Shown in pieces: positions 26,070 to 39,061 of a DNA stretch of 64,000 bases. The stretch spans positions 48,988,021 to 49,052,020 of the forward strand of contig NC_057718.1 in the NCBI RefSeq assembly GCF_004010195.1, read 5' to 3'. The notes under the pieces were generated by a model, which saw only the letters and a list, made by a program, of their open reading frames with translations, did not search any database and had not been told where the DNA came from. The stretch comes from Chiloscyllium plagiosum. Taxonomy: Eukaryota. The translations under genes were made by a program, and so were the position numbers. How positions within the stretch are numbered: the stretch's first letter is position 1; each line of letters begins with the position of its first letter.

Positions 26070-26298
26070 CAGGTTGTTCTGCTATAACGCATGTTTGGTC
26101 AGCCAGAATTGGTGATAATGCGATTGATGAAATGTGGACATTGTTTGGATAATGCAAACTTCCTACTGAATAGGTATACTGATTTTCTATTGGTGATCTT
26201 CTACAGTGCGTTTTTCGATAACGGTTTTCCATAGCGCGATTTTCCATAGCTTGAGGTTGCAGAGGAACACGACGGTTGCGTTATAGCAGAATGACCTG
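26070..26298. mobile_element. non-autonomous Tc1/mariner (pogo/Tigger-like) MITE
   Basis: 22-bp TIRs CAGGTTGTTCTGCTATAACGCA and TGCGTTATAGCAGAATGACCTG (2 mismatches). Right flank is TA, left flank is TG. Confidence 0.85.
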
Positions 26299-26337
26299 TA
26301 TTTTAATTTACAAAATGTTCAAAACATTGTAATTATT

Positions 26338-27105
26338 AGAGTAATAGAGATATATAGCACAGACATAGACCCTTCGGTCCAACTCAACCATGCTGACCAG
26401 ATATCCTACATAAATCTAGTACCACTTGCCAGTATTTGGCCGGTATCCCTCTAAACCCTTCCTATTCATATACCCATCCAGTTGTCTTTTAAATGTTGTA
26501 TTTGTACCAGCCTCCACCGCCTCCTCTGGCAGTGCATTCCATACATGTACCACCCTCTATGTGAAAAGGTTGCCCCTTAGGTCTTTATATTTTTCCCCTC
26601 TCACCTTAAACCCATGGCCTCTAGTTTTGGACTCCCCCACCCTATGGAAAAGATCTTGCCTATTTATCCTATCCATGCTCCTCATGATTTCATAAACTTC
26701 CATAAGGTCACCCCTTAGCCTCTGATGCTCCAGGGAAAACAGTCCCAGCCTATTCAGTCTCTCCCCATAGCTCAAATCCTCAAATCCTGGCAACATCCTT
26801 GTAAATCTTTTCTCAAGTCTTTCTAGTTTCACATCATCCTTTCAATAGCAGTGAGATCAAAATTGCATGCAATATTCAAAAGTGGTCTAATCAATGCCAT
26901 GTACAGCTGCAACATGTCCTCCTGAGTCCTATATTTAATGCACTGAACAATAAAGGCAAGTATAGAAAATGCCTTTTTCACTATCCTATCCACCGGTGAC
27001 TCTATGTTCAAGGAGCTATGACCTCGCACTCCAAGGTCTCTTTCTTCAGCAACACTACCTCGAGCCTCACCATTAAGTGTATAAGTCCTTCCCTGATTTT
27101 GCAAG
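26338..27105 (-). mobile_element. CR1 LINE, 5'-truncated
   Basis: ORFs 26557-26832 (KLERLEKRFTRMLPG...RLRGDLMEVYEIMR) and 26829-27167, plus a CR1 tail. Confidence 0.93.
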
Positions 27106-27244
27106 ATAAGTGTAGCTTCATTAAGTTTGAGAACATAAGTTAGGCCCATTAAAAAACTAAATAACACATCATTATGTTTCTTTCATCCACTTCAATATGT
27201 TCAGTAAACTGTCACAATATTTTTCTGTTGCTACTCCATCAATC

Positions 27245-27551
27245 TTAGAATAGATTACTTACAGTGTGGAAACAGGCCCTTCGGCCCGACAAGCCCACAC
27301 TGACCCTTCGAAGAGCAACCCACCCAGACCCATTCCCCTGGGCTTACCCCTTCACCTAACACTACGGGCTATTTAGCGTGGCCAATTCACTTAACCTACA
27401 CATTTTTGGACTGTGGGAGGAAACTGGAGCATCCGGAGGAAACCCACGCAGACACGGGAAGAATGTGCAAACTCCACACAGACAGTTGCCTGAGGTGGGA
27501 ATCGAACCCGAGTCTCTGGTGCTGTGAGGCAGCAGTGCTAACCACTGTGCC
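27245..27551 (-). mobile_element. V-SINE (HE1-like)
   Basis: B box GGTTCGATTCC, V-domain and a TAATC-like tail. Confidence 0.92.
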
Positions 27552-27894
27552 AGAGTAAATAGTTTTTATAAGTAATGCTAAATGGTTTGTGATCAATATT
27601 CCGTTGCTCTGTGTTCTGGATATTAAAGACACTTAAAAGGAGCTTGTATGAATTTATGAAAAAATGATAAAGTAAACATCAATGAAATACATTATCATCT
27701 CAATGAGGATGAGATCATCATGGTAAACATGCTGCACCCTTCCAACTAACTCTTGCCTTTTCCAAAAAAATAAAAAATTGTTTGCTTTTTATGCTGGCAG
27801 TAAATACAATGACTCTTCAAGCGTGTCCAACTTATATAATTTTGATTCAGTGATTTTCTGCTTTAAAAAGGGTGACGGATATCCCTCAGGATAC

Positions 27895-30325
27895 ATTAGG
27901 GAGGAAAGATAGGAGGGGGAGTGGCGTTTTTGATAAGGGATAGCATTATGGCTGTGCTGAGGGAGGATCTTCCTGGAAATACATCCAGGGAAGTTATTTG
28001 GGTGGAACTGAGAAAGAAGAAAGGGATGATCACCTTATTGGGATTGTATTATAGACCCCCTAATAGTCAGAGGGAAATTGAGAAACAAATTTGTAAGGAG
28101 AACTCAGCTATCTGTAAGAATAATAGGGTGGTTATGGTAGGGGATTTTAATTTTCCAAACATAGACTGGGACTGCCATAGTGTTAAGGATTTAGATGGAG
28201 AGAAATTTGTTAAGTGTGTACAAGAAAATGTTCTGATTCAGTATGTGGATGTACCTACTAGAGAAGGTGCAAAACTTGACCTACTCTTGGGAAATAAGGC
28301 AGGGCAGGTGACTGAGGTATCAGTGGGGGAGCAGTTTGGGGCCAGTGACCATAATTCTATTAGATTTAAAATAGTGATGCAAAAGGATAGACCAGATCTA
28401 AAAGTTGAAGTTCTAAGTTGGAGAAAGGCCAATTTTGACGGTATTAGGCAAGAACTTTCAAAAGCTGATTGGAGGCAGATGTTCGCGGTTAAAGGGACGG
28501 CTGGAAAATGGGAAGCCTTCAGAAATGAGATAACGAGAATCCAGAGAAAGTATATTCCTGCTGGGGTGAAAGGAAAGGCTGGTAGGTATAGGGAATGCTG
28601 GATGACTAAAGAAATTGAAGGTTTGGTTAAGAAAAAGAAGGAAGCATATGTAAGGTGAACAGGATAGATTGAGTGAATCCTTAGAAGAGCATAAAGGCAG
28701 TAGGAGGAGACTTAAGAGGGAAATCGGGAGGGCAAAAAGGGGACATGAGGTAGCTTTGGCAAATAGGGTTAAGGAGAATCCAAAGGGTTTTTTACAAATA
28801 CATCAAGGACAAAAGGATAACTAGGGAGAGAATAGGGCCCCTCAAAGATCAGCCACAGAAAATGGGGGAGATACTAAATGAGTATTTTGCATCAGTATTT
28901 AATGTGGAAAAGGATATGGAAGATATAGAAAGTGAAATAGATGGTGACACCTTGCAAAATGTCCATATTACAGAGGAGGAAGTGCTGGATGTCTTGAAAT
29001 GCATAAAGGTGAATATATCCAGGACCTGATGAAGTGTACCCTAGAACTTTGTGGGAAGCTAGAGGAGTGATTGCTGAGCCTCTTGCTGAGATATTTGCAT
29101 CATCAATTTGAAGATGTAACAAAGAGGATTGATGAGGGCAGAGCGGTAGATGTGTAAGGCGTTTCAGTAAGGCTTTCAACAAGGTTCCCCATGGGACACT
29201 GGTTAGCAAGGTTAGATCTCACGGAATACAGGGAGAACTAACCATTTGGATACAGAACTGGCTTAAAGGTAGAAGTCAGAGGGTGGTGGTGGAGGGTTGT
29301 TTTCAGACTGGAGGCCTGTGACCAATGGAGTGCCACAAGGATCGGTGCTGGGTCCTCTATTTTTTGTCATTTACATAAATGATTTGGATGTGAGCATAAG
29401 AGGTACAGATAGTAAGTTTGCAGATGACACCAAAATTGGAGGTGTAGTGGACAGTGAAGAAGGTTACCTCAGATTACAACAGGATCTTGGTTAGAATGGG
29501 CCGAGAAGTGGCAGATGGAGTTTAATTCAGATAAATGCGAAGTGCTCCATTTTGGATAAGCAAATCTTAGCAGGATTTATATACTTAATAGTAAGGCCCT
29601 TGGGAGTGTGGCTGAACAAAGAGGCCTTGGAGTGCAGGTTATTAGCTCCTTGAAAGTGGAGTCGCAGGTAGATAGGTTAGTGAAGAAGACGTTTGGTATG
29701 CTTTCTTTTATTGGTCAGCGTATTGAGTACAGGAGTTGGGAGGTCATGTTGCAGCTGTACAGGACATTGGTTAGGCCACTGTTGGAATATTGCGTGTAAT
29801 TCTGGTCTTCTTCCTATCGGAAAGATATTGTGAAACTTGAAAGGGTTCAGAAAAGATTTACAAGGCTGTTGCCAGGGTTGGAGGATTTGAGCTATGGGGC
29901 GAGGCTGAACAAGCTGGGATTGTATTCCCTGGAATGTCGGAGGCTGAGGGGTGGCTTTATAGAGATTTACAAATTATGAGGAGCATGGATAGGATAAATA
30001 GGCAAAGTCTTTTCCCTGGGGTAGGTGAGTCCAGGACTAGAGGGCATAGGTTTAGGGTGAGAGGGGAATGATATAAAAGGGACCTAAGGGGCAACGCTTT
30101 CACGCAGAGGGTGGTACGGGTATGGAATGAACTGCCAGAGGAAGTGTTGGAGGCTGGTACAATTGCAACATTTAAAAGGCATTTCGATGGGTTTATGCAT
30201 AGGAAGGGTTTGGAGGGAAAGGGGCCAGATGCTGGCAGGTGGGACTAGATTGGGTTGGGCTATCTGTACAGCATGGACGGGTTGGACCGAAGGGTCTGTT
30301 TCCCTGCTGTACATCTCTATGACTT
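27895..30325 (+). mobile_element. CR1 LINE ORF2 pseudogene (APE and RT, internally deleted)
   Basis: APE: LGLYYRPPNS, MVGDFNFPNIDW, LDLLL, SDHN (ORF 27921-28658). [20 protein letters not shown] 3' tail is present, with stops and frameshifts. Imperfect flanking repeat TTTAAAA(A)GGGTG. Confidence 0.96.
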
Positions 30326-30444
30326 CAGATTTAAAAGGGTGTCTCAGCTAAATTAGAAAAACCTTAAAACAATCATTGGAGTTACAATAAACCTGGACGG
30401 GATGATTGAAACGCTGGCAGCATAACTGTGTATCTCAACCTTGA

Positions 30445-32280
30445 ATATACTTAATGACTCAGCCTCGAACCTCTCTGCAGTAAAGAATCCCACTGATTCA
30501 CTACTCTGGTGAGAAAGAATTCCTCCTCATTTCTGTTTTAGGTGCCTAATCCCTTACTCTGAGATTTTGCACTCTGTTTTATACTGTCTCATAAGGGGAA
30601 ATAATCTCACAATTCCTATCCTGAAAATATGCTCCAATAAGGTTTCTTCTCATTCTTCTAAACTGTACTGTGTACAGGCCCAACCTGCTCAAACTCTCCT
30701 CACAATATATTATATTTATTGGTTCTCCTCTATCTATCCAGCTTATTTCCTCCTCAATGTTTTGTCATGCATGATTTTTCCTTTATGAAGCCATTCTGAC
30801 TGAACTTGATTCTCTTATTTATTTATAAATTATCTACAATTACATCCTTTCTAATAGACTCTAACATTATCCCAGTTACAGATGTTTCACTAACTGGCAT
30901 TTAATTACCTGTTTTTTTCTCACCCTACCCTTTTGAGTAAGAGTGTTACATTGGTAGTTTTCCACTCCTCTGGAACTTTTCCAGAACCTCCGGAAATGTT
31001 TCAAAAAAGGGGGCCGTATGGTGGCTCAGTGCTTAGCACTGCTGCCTCACAGCACCAGGAACCTGGGTTGATTCCAGCCTTGGGCAACTGTGTGGAGTTT
31101 GCATGTTCTCACCGCATCTGTATGGGTTTCCTCCAGGTGCTCCAGTTCCCTCCCACAGTCCAAAGATGTGCAGGTTAGGTGAATTGGCCATGCTAAATTG
31201 TCTCATAGTGTTTAGGGATGTGTAGGCTAAGTGCATTAGTCAGGGGTAAATGTAGGGTTACTCATCGGAGAGTCAGTGTGGACTTGTTGGGCTGAAGGGC
31301 CTGTTTTCACACTGTAGGGATTCTATGATTCAAATTTTGTTTGGAACCTCCATCTCCCATTCCCCCTATCTTTGCTACCAAGGGGTGACCCTATCAGGAT
31401 CAAAGAAATCCTGTTGTTACCATTCAAGCTATCATTGAAGTAGTCAAGCCCCTCCACCACATCAAGGTGGTGATCAACAGAGGGGTTTTGAGTTCTCTGG
31501 ATATAAACACCAGCATTCCTTTAGCCTTCTAGATTATTTTGTGTATGAGTTCATAATCTTTTGCTGGATATGAAGTCCCCATCCATGTCACCATTTGGTA
31601 AATTCCCAGTTCTAACCTTTTTCTTTCCTCACATTTGCTCACCTTGAAATTCCAGCTGCCCCAGTTTTTCTCTTTACTTTATCAGTTGTAATGTTACGCT
31701 TCTACCTGCACTATGTTCAACACCTATCTGTGTGTTGTTGACAAATCTGCATCCATGTTTATCTACCATATCTTTTAAGTCCATTAATAAATATGATTCA
31801 AAATTTATCATTATAATTTATAATAATTATAAACAATATAAATAAATACAAATAAAACAAATCCTTGTGGAACACTATCAGCCATGTTCTAATAATTATA
31901 AAGCCTGACCATTAACTGTAAACTTTGTAAATTTCATAATTTGCTTTCTTCTTCATTGGCTCCTAATTGAGCTAACAGTATCTTCTAAAGGACTTCATCA
32001 CATACCTGTTAGAAGTCCAACCTTCTGGAAGACATTCTCATGGTCACTAGCTCATTCGCCTCTTCAAAAAAAATCACTTCATCAGACATCACCCACCTTC
32101 AGAAACCTAAGCCGATTCTTTCCAGTTCAGCCGGCAATTTTCAAGGCATTCAATTACCCTCTTCTTAATGATAGACTCTAGTAATTTCTCAACAACGGAA
32201 ATTAGGCTAACTCGTCGCTAATTACGTGGCTTCCCTCTCTCACCATTTTTAGCAGTGAATGACTTACTGCAGGCACTCTC
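30445..32280 (-). mobile_element. patchwork of ancient CR1 fragments, with the SINE at 31011 and an RTE-like piece at ~31370-31490
   Basis: Recurrent decayed CR1 RT motifs on the minus strand (NYxxVSLxSVV, VTLLLK). Confidence 0.5.
31011..31331 (+). mobile_element. V-SINE (HE1-like)
   Basis: A and B boxes, V-domain, tail GGGATTCTATGATT. Confidence 0.92.
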
Positions 32281-32707
32281 TGTTTCATCACATTATTGTC
32301 AGCCCAGCCTAAATCTAAAATCTGAATAACTTTTCATGTTTTGCTCTTTTGAAGACTGCAATGACCTCTATCATATTGTGTTCTTATTAATCAATGTTCA
32401 TAGTAATCATTAGGCTGAGTAAATGTGGATCATTCATCCTGATAAGTCTAATATGGCAATGGTTCTCAATTGCTTTGCTTCAGAGGATCCTGGACCCTTT
32501 CCTATGTTGTAAGATCGCCACAGACTTCATTATCATAAGTATATTTGATTGTACAGTCATGATTTAACATTGAATACTTCCATTGTTTAATCATGCATCT
32601 TGCTGGTGGTGCTGATCAACACTTCTGCAAGACAAGCAGCTATTTTCAACAAGTACATTCAAATGTCATGCTCCATGTTCCTCCTGGCTTGATGATGCTT
32701 ATGTTCG

Positions 32708-33007
32708 TAGACTATTACCGAGTTTGGGAAACTGTCACTCTGAGTCTGGTTAACTGTCATTCTGAGGTTAGTTAGCTATCATTGTAGTTGTTAGATCATC
32801 AGCGAGACTAGTACATTATTACCGTGTGGCTGGTAAACTGTCACTGTGAGACTGCTCAATGACCTTTGTGTGGTTTGTAGGCTATCTCACTGAGCTGAGT
32901 AAACAGTCACACTACGATTGACAGACTGCCATTGGGGTTGGCAGAATATTACTGTGTGGTTGGGGTAAGCAATCGCTGTATGGTCGATAGATTGTCATTG
33001 AAGCTGA
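32708..33007. repeat. eroded minisatellite, ~14 units of ~20-22 bp
   Basis: Units such as gaaactgtcactctgagtctgg, taaactgtcactgtgagactgc, tacattattaccgtgtggctgg and cagactgccattggggttgg. Confidence 0.7.
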
Positions 33008-33249
33008 TATGCTAATGAGACTGTTTCTGTTGCTGCCTCAGGGAAATTGGTATTAAAGAACCAACCGGTATTGAGATTGGTATCAGAGAACCAACCTCCT
33101 TTCCAATTACAGGGGCGCCCATAAAGACAATCCCAGGTCAATGACAGTCTCCCCAGGGACAGGTTCATGGCCTGACTTCTGTTTCCAGTCCCTGCAGAGA
33201 ACATTCTGTCTATGTGAAAGTGAAGATAATTAATATGCTAAAAGTCAAT

Positions 33250-33485
33250 AAAAACCAAGTATTAGAAAGCCTGACTACACTCAAAATTGATAAGTCAAAA
33301 GCACTGAATCGGGTACATCTGAGGTGGCTGAGGTAAGTAAAGGTGGAAATTGCAAGCCAAAGTGTTCAGGTACTCATTAGGATCTAGAAGTCGAGTCAGG
33401 GACTAAAAATTTTCAGATGTTACACTCTTGTTCCAAAAGAGATGTAACAGAAAGCTCTGCAAGTACAGGCCAATCAATTTAACTG
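33250..33485 (+). mobile_element. old CR1 RT fragment
   Basis: LKIDKSKALNRVHLRWLR, DVTLLFQK and KYRPINLT are decayed CR1 motifs. Confidence 0.7.
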
Positions 33486-33504
33486 CAGATTTGAAAGGCG
33501 TTTA

Positions 33505-35330
33505 GAATTGATAATTTGGCTAAGGCCATTTGATACCTCACTTCATCAAATGTGTCCATGTTATCAAGGACAGTCACTCTCACCTCACCTCTGGAATACT
33601 GCCTTGTTGTCCATGTTTGAAATAAGGCTGAAATGATGTCAGGCCCCGAGTCGTTCTGGCGCAAATCAAAACCAGTGGCAGTGAGTAGGTTATTGCTAAG
33701 TCTGTGTTGTTTAATAGCACAGTTGATAACACCTTCCATCATTTATTGATGATCTGGAGTTGACTGGGGAGATGATAATTTGCAAGGTTGGATTTATCCT
33801 TTTTGTTGTGTACAGGACATATCTGGATAATTATCCACATTGTGAGGCAGAGGCCAATAATCAAGTTTTAGTATGTAGAATTTAAGGTTCACCACAGTCT
33901 CCTACTGTAATTCAGTCTTTCCATGACCTCTAAATGATGAATCTCATTTTATTTACTCATGCTGGGGATTTTTGGAAGAGACCAAGATTGATCATGCGCT
34001 TGGCACTTCTGGCTGAACGTTGTTACAAATGCTTCAACCTCACCATTTGCACTGACATACCGGACTCCCTCATCATTGAAGATGGGAACATTGTGTAATC
34101 TCATTCCCCAGACAATTTTTTAACTGTCCATCACTATTCATGATTGGATGCAGCAGGACATCAGAGCTTTGATCTGATCTGTTGGTTATGGAATTGCTTA
34201 GTTCTATCACTTGCTGCTTATATGCTATTTGATGCACAAGTAATCATGTTTGTAGGTTCACCAGATTGACACCTTATTTTTAGATGTGTCTGGTACTGCT
34301 CCTCATGTGCCTTCCTGCACTCTTCATTGAACCAGGGTTGATCACCTGGCTTGATGTAATGGTAAAGTGTGTAATAAAGCAGGCCACAAAGTTGCAGATT
34401 GTGATTGAATACAAATCTGTTTCTGGATGGCCCACAGCACCTCACGAATGCCCAGTCTAATAGATGTTGGATCTGTTCAAAGTCGATACTATTTAGTATA
34501 GACATATCCTAAACTCTGGAGTGTGTCCTCAATGAGAAGATGGGACTTTGTCTCCAGAAGGACTGTATGATGGTAACTCTTACTGAGACTGTCATAGACA
34601 GATGCATCTGCAGTAGGCTGACTGTGAGGATGAGGCCAAGTATGTTTTTCCCTCTTGTGGTTCCCTTACCACTTGCCACAGATCCAGGCTAACAGCTATA
34701 TCCTTTTGGACTCAATCAGTTTGGCCTTGAGTGGTGTTACCAAGCCAGTCTTGATGGTGGACATTGAAGTCCCCGCAGCCAGAGTACATTCTGCAGCCTT
34801 GCCACCCTCACATCCTCCAAGCACTTCTTCAGCCAAGGGGTGTATGGCATAAGGCAACCAGCAGGAGGTTTCCTTGCCCATGTTTTTGGGGTCCAGAGTG
34901 AATGTTGAGAACACCTGGGGTTACTCTCTCCAACTGTATACCATTATACCACCACCTGTACCAGTGACTATGATGATGATGCTGTCTGGGACATTAGGTG
35001 TAAGGCATCATTCTATGAGTATGATCAGGTCAGGCTGTTGCTTGACGAGTCACTGAGATAGCTCTCCAAATTTGAGTGCTAACCAGATGTTGGTAAGGCG
35101 GACTTTACGGAGTCAACAGGTTTGGACAGGTTGAGTTTGTCACTGTTTTTCTGCCACCTAGGTCGACGCCTCAATGGTTCATCCAGTTTCATACCTTTTT
35201 TGAGACTTTTCACCATTTGATACAACTGGATGTCTTCCTGGTCAGTTTGAGAGAGCAATCACTCATTGTTGTGGGTCTGGAATTAGGTGAGAGGACAGCT
35301 GTTTTCCCTTCCTTAAGGGAAATTGGGCCT
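33505..35330 (-). mobile_element. unassigned CR1/Jockey-group LINE ORF2 fragment (APE and RT), internally deleted
   Basis: MEGVINCAIKQHRLSNNLL...SRGEVRVTVLD..TFDEVRYQMALAKL (RT), KPGDQPWFNEECRKA, and GDFNVHH (APE). Confidence 0.85.
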
Positions 35331-35334
35331 TACA

Positions 35335-35452
35335 ATAAAAACAGAAATTGCTGTAGAAACTCAGCAGGTCTAGCAGCATCTGTGGACACAGAGTTCACAG
35401 AGTTTTGAATCCAATGATGCTGTTTTAAAGAACAGTTATTTTTCTGTTTTTG
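35335..35452. mobile_element. Penelope-terminus remnant (a second lies at ~35607-35705)
   Basis: AAAAACAGAAATTGCTG...CAGGTCTAGCAGCATCTGTGG with a short inverted copy. Confidence 0.65.
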
Positions 35453-36372
35453 AATGTAGAATTTAAGGTTCACTACACATTCTCCTACTGTAATTCAGTC
35501 TTTTCCACAGTGTCAAAACGGTGAATCTCATTTTATTTAATCATTCCATCATAATATAAGAGAAGGGAGAGAATAAAATTGGCCAGACAAACCTTAACAC
35601 AACCATATAAAAACCGAAAGAACTGCAGAAAAAAACACAGAAATTGCTGGAAAAGTTCTGCAGGTCTGGCAGCATCCGTGAAGAGAAGTTAGCATTAACT
35701 TCTCTCCATTGTATCACAAAAGTGGTTTTTGAGTATACAAATAACCGGAGAAATATTTACTGGCCCCTCACAAACATTGAAGAAAAGGTCTCCAGATACT
35801 AATGCTTGGTGACACTCAATATATTGCAGTGACAAATTGTTCAGCGACATTGTTACTGCTGCAATCCTAAGAAGCCAGAGTTGTATCCAGTGTCAGTGTG
35901 GTTCAAAAATATCCTGCAGGTACGTGACAGGCTAACTATAAACACATCAATGCATTTATAATTTGTATTCTTATTCCTAAACAGCTGCTGGCTATATACG
36001 ATCAATTTAGATTTGACATAAATGTGACTGTGATTAATCTTTTGTTGAATGGAACCAAGTATTAACATGCATAACGTTAAAGGCAATGGTGTTACCAAGT
36101 TAGCCTTGCTTTCGATATACCTCATGACCATTGGATAGCAGCTTCTCTGTCTGCTTCTCTGTCTCTGTCTCTCTTTGTTTCTTGCCATTCAATACTTCAA
36201 CTCATATTCTTCTACCCTTCTCCTTATCTGAGCACTCCCATGTCCGGATTTGAGATGCACATTCCTTAGCCCTGTAATGCATCTGTTCAGGATCAGTGTA
36301 TATGCATCCCCTGTTAGATCAGTATCTGTGCTTACAGCGGCTTGCTTTAGCTCAAGATCTGTATTTACGTAA

Positions 36373-38388
36373 AATACCAAAAGAACTGCAGATGCTGCAA
36401 ATCAGAAACAAAAATACAAATTGCTAGAAAAGCTCAGCAAGTCTGTCAGCGTGTTTGGAGAGAAATTACAGTTAACGTTTCAGATTCAGTGGCCCTTCTT
36501 CAGAACTAATGGCAAACTAGGGATAATTTGGTTGTTATGCAGAATATAGAGTGGAAGGATGCAGTAAGGAGTAAATGACAGTTGGAGATAGAGCCCGAAG
36601 AAAGAGAAGAACATTTGAACAGGCAAAGGAGTGGATAATGGTCAGCCTAGGAGAATAAATAACTACAAATGGGGACTATGTGTGGCTAACAATGGATAGT
36701 GTGTAATAGCAGCCCGTGTGATAACAAGGCCTGTTGTGTGAGGGTTGGGGTAAGGACTTGGGAGAACGTGCTTCTAACACTAAAACTGTTGAACTCGATA
36801 TTGAGTCCTGAAGGCTGTAGAGTTCCAAAGTGGAAAATGAGACGTTGTTCATCCAGCTTGCTCTAACCTTCACTGGGGCAATGCAGCAAGCTAGAGATAG
36901 AGATGTTGGACAGGGAATAGGGTGGTGTGTTAAAGTGGCAGGCAACTGGAAGCTGAGGGTCTTTTTTGTGGACGGAACTTAGATATTCTGTAAAGTGGTC
37001 ATCCAGTCTATGCTTTGTTTCCCCAATGTAGAGGAGACCTCATTGTGAGTAGTGAATGTAGTAGACTAGATTGAATGATGTGCTGCTTCAATTGGAAGGT
37101 GTGTTTGGGGCCTTAGGTACTGAGGAAGGAAGAAATAAATGGGTAGGTATTACCCCTTCGGCGATTGCAAGGGAAGGTGCCATGGGACTGTGGTGGGGTG
37201 TTGGGAGTGAAGGAAGAGTGGAGCAGGGTATCCTGGAGGGAACAGTCCTTGTGGACAGATGACAAGGGAGAGGAAGGGAATATAGGTCTGGTGGTAGCAT
37301 CTCGCTGGAAGTGGCAGAAATGGTGGCTAATGATCCTCTGCATGTGGATGCTGGTGGGATGGAACATGAGGACAAGGGGAACCCTATTGCTGTTGTGGAG
37401 GGAATAAGAGGGGGTGAGGACTGAAGTGTGGGAGATGGATCGAACTGGCTGAGGGCCTGGACACTATGAGGCTGGGGAATCCTTGGTTGTGGAAGAACGT
37501 GGATATTTCAGAGGTGAAAGTTGGCATCATCATAACAGATGCAACGGAGATGGAGGACCTGGGAGAATGGAATAGAATCTTTACACGAAGTAGGGTGTGA
37601 GGACGTACAGTCAAGGCAGCTATGGGAGTTGGTTGGTTTGTAGTTTGTCCATTTACTTGCTCTCTCCTCAGTATCCAAGGGCCGAAACACACCATTCAGG
37701 TGAAGCAGCACTTTACCTGCATTTCACTCAATCTAATCTACTGCATTCACCGCTCACAATATGGTATTCTCTCCAATGGGGGAAAATGAAGTGTAGGCTG
37801 GATGATGGCTTCACAGAACACCTATGTTCTGTCCACAAAAAAAGCCCCTGAGCTTCCAGTTGTCTGCCACTTTAACAGGCCACCTTGTTCCCTGGCCAAC
37901 ATCTCTGTCTCAGGTTTACTGCAGTGCTCCAGTGAAGCTCAGTGCAAGGTGGAAGAACAGCACTTCATTTTCCACTTGGGAATTTTACGGCCTTCAGGAT
38001 TCCATATTGAGTTCAACAGTTTAGGACTTGAGGCACCATCTCCCATGTCTTTACCGCGACTCCCACACACACCCTTGTTACCACATGGGCTGCTATTACA
38101 CACTACCTATTGTTAGCCACACATAGCCCCCATTAGCAATTCATTCTTCTAAACTGACCTTTATCCACGTCTTTGTCTAAATGTTCTTCTCTTTCTTTAA
38201 GCTCTATCTCCACCTACAGTTTACTCCTTACCCCCTCCTCACACTCTATCTTCTGCATTTAAAAAAACATTTTCCTAGCTACAATCAGTTCTGAAGTAGG
38301 AATACTGGACCTGAAGAGTAAACTCTGATTCCTCTCCATACATGCTGCCAGACTTGCTGTGATTTTCCAGCAATGTGTATTTTCGTTC
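36373..38388. mobile_element. 2-kb Penelope-like insertion with ~700-bp inverted arms and 14-bp TSD
   Basis: The minus arm 36373-~37650 and plus arm ~37655-38388 both carry the GIY-YIG region and family C terminus. TSD CTGTATTTACGTAA (36359-36372) and CTGCATTTACATAA (38389-38402). A hammerhead with intact core lies at 36470-36507 (-). Confidence 0.9.
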
Positions 38389-38560
38389 CTGCATTTACAT
38401 AAGACTCCTTCAGCTCAGTGTGTGTCTTTCCACAGGACCCCTTTAGCCAGGGTTACTGTATATTCACACTCACTTTAGCTCAGTGTGCATGCTTACACAG
38501 ACTTGCTTTAACTCATGGCTTGTATTTAGTTCAGGCTTTTTAACCTAGGATTAGTGGAGA
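38389..38560. repeat. eroded ~32-bp tandem repeat, continuous with ~36260-36372 across the PLE
   Basis: Recurring CTTTAGCTCAGTGT...TTTACACAGAC-like units on both sides of the insertion. Confidence 0.6.
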
Positions 38561-39061
38561 TATAACAGATTTAATGTTGACAAACCAAAGGTCAGCATAT
38601 TTTTGAAACATTCTCTACACACCTATGATTTTTCTGTCACCTTTATCTCATCTAATACAAATGGTTTTAACCTGTAACCTGAGCAGCTTTCAACATTACC
38701 TCACTCAACCTGTTCTTCTGAATTCTGGCTGGTTTTAACTCGAACTTCAGATGTTGAACTTTAAACTGGATAATTTTGTGTGTTCAAAGCAACCTGGACC
38801 AAAACTTGTTTCAGAGTGTAAATTAGACAAAGGGTATGATTTGCGAACCTCTTGTGCTTGGTGCTTGGGAGGATGTTTGGCACCTCCTTCCCTGATTGTA
38901 ATGTTGTTCTGAGCCACCTGAACTGTCACCAGGGCATTAAGCAGCATTTGTAGAATGTCCATGGTGTAGGTAGTCTGTTTCTTTTAATAGCAGTGCGTAC
39001 CCTTTTAAAGAGGAGCAGCAATGAATCAAAGGAAAAGAACAGCTGAACACTGTTACTACTA

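Noticed and set aside
27921..28658. Longest ORF (245 aa) as a host gene
   Set aside because: It is the APE endonuclease region of a decayed CR1 ORF2, continuous with broken RT sequence and a CR1 tail.
32708..33007. CRISPR-like array
   Set aside because: Units are contiguous and degenerate with no unique spacers, there are no cas genes, and the context is vertebrate.
35830..35918. + strand Cys-rich candidate exon ending at CAG|gtacgt
   Set aside because: No convincing acceptor and no recognisable peptide in the open frames.
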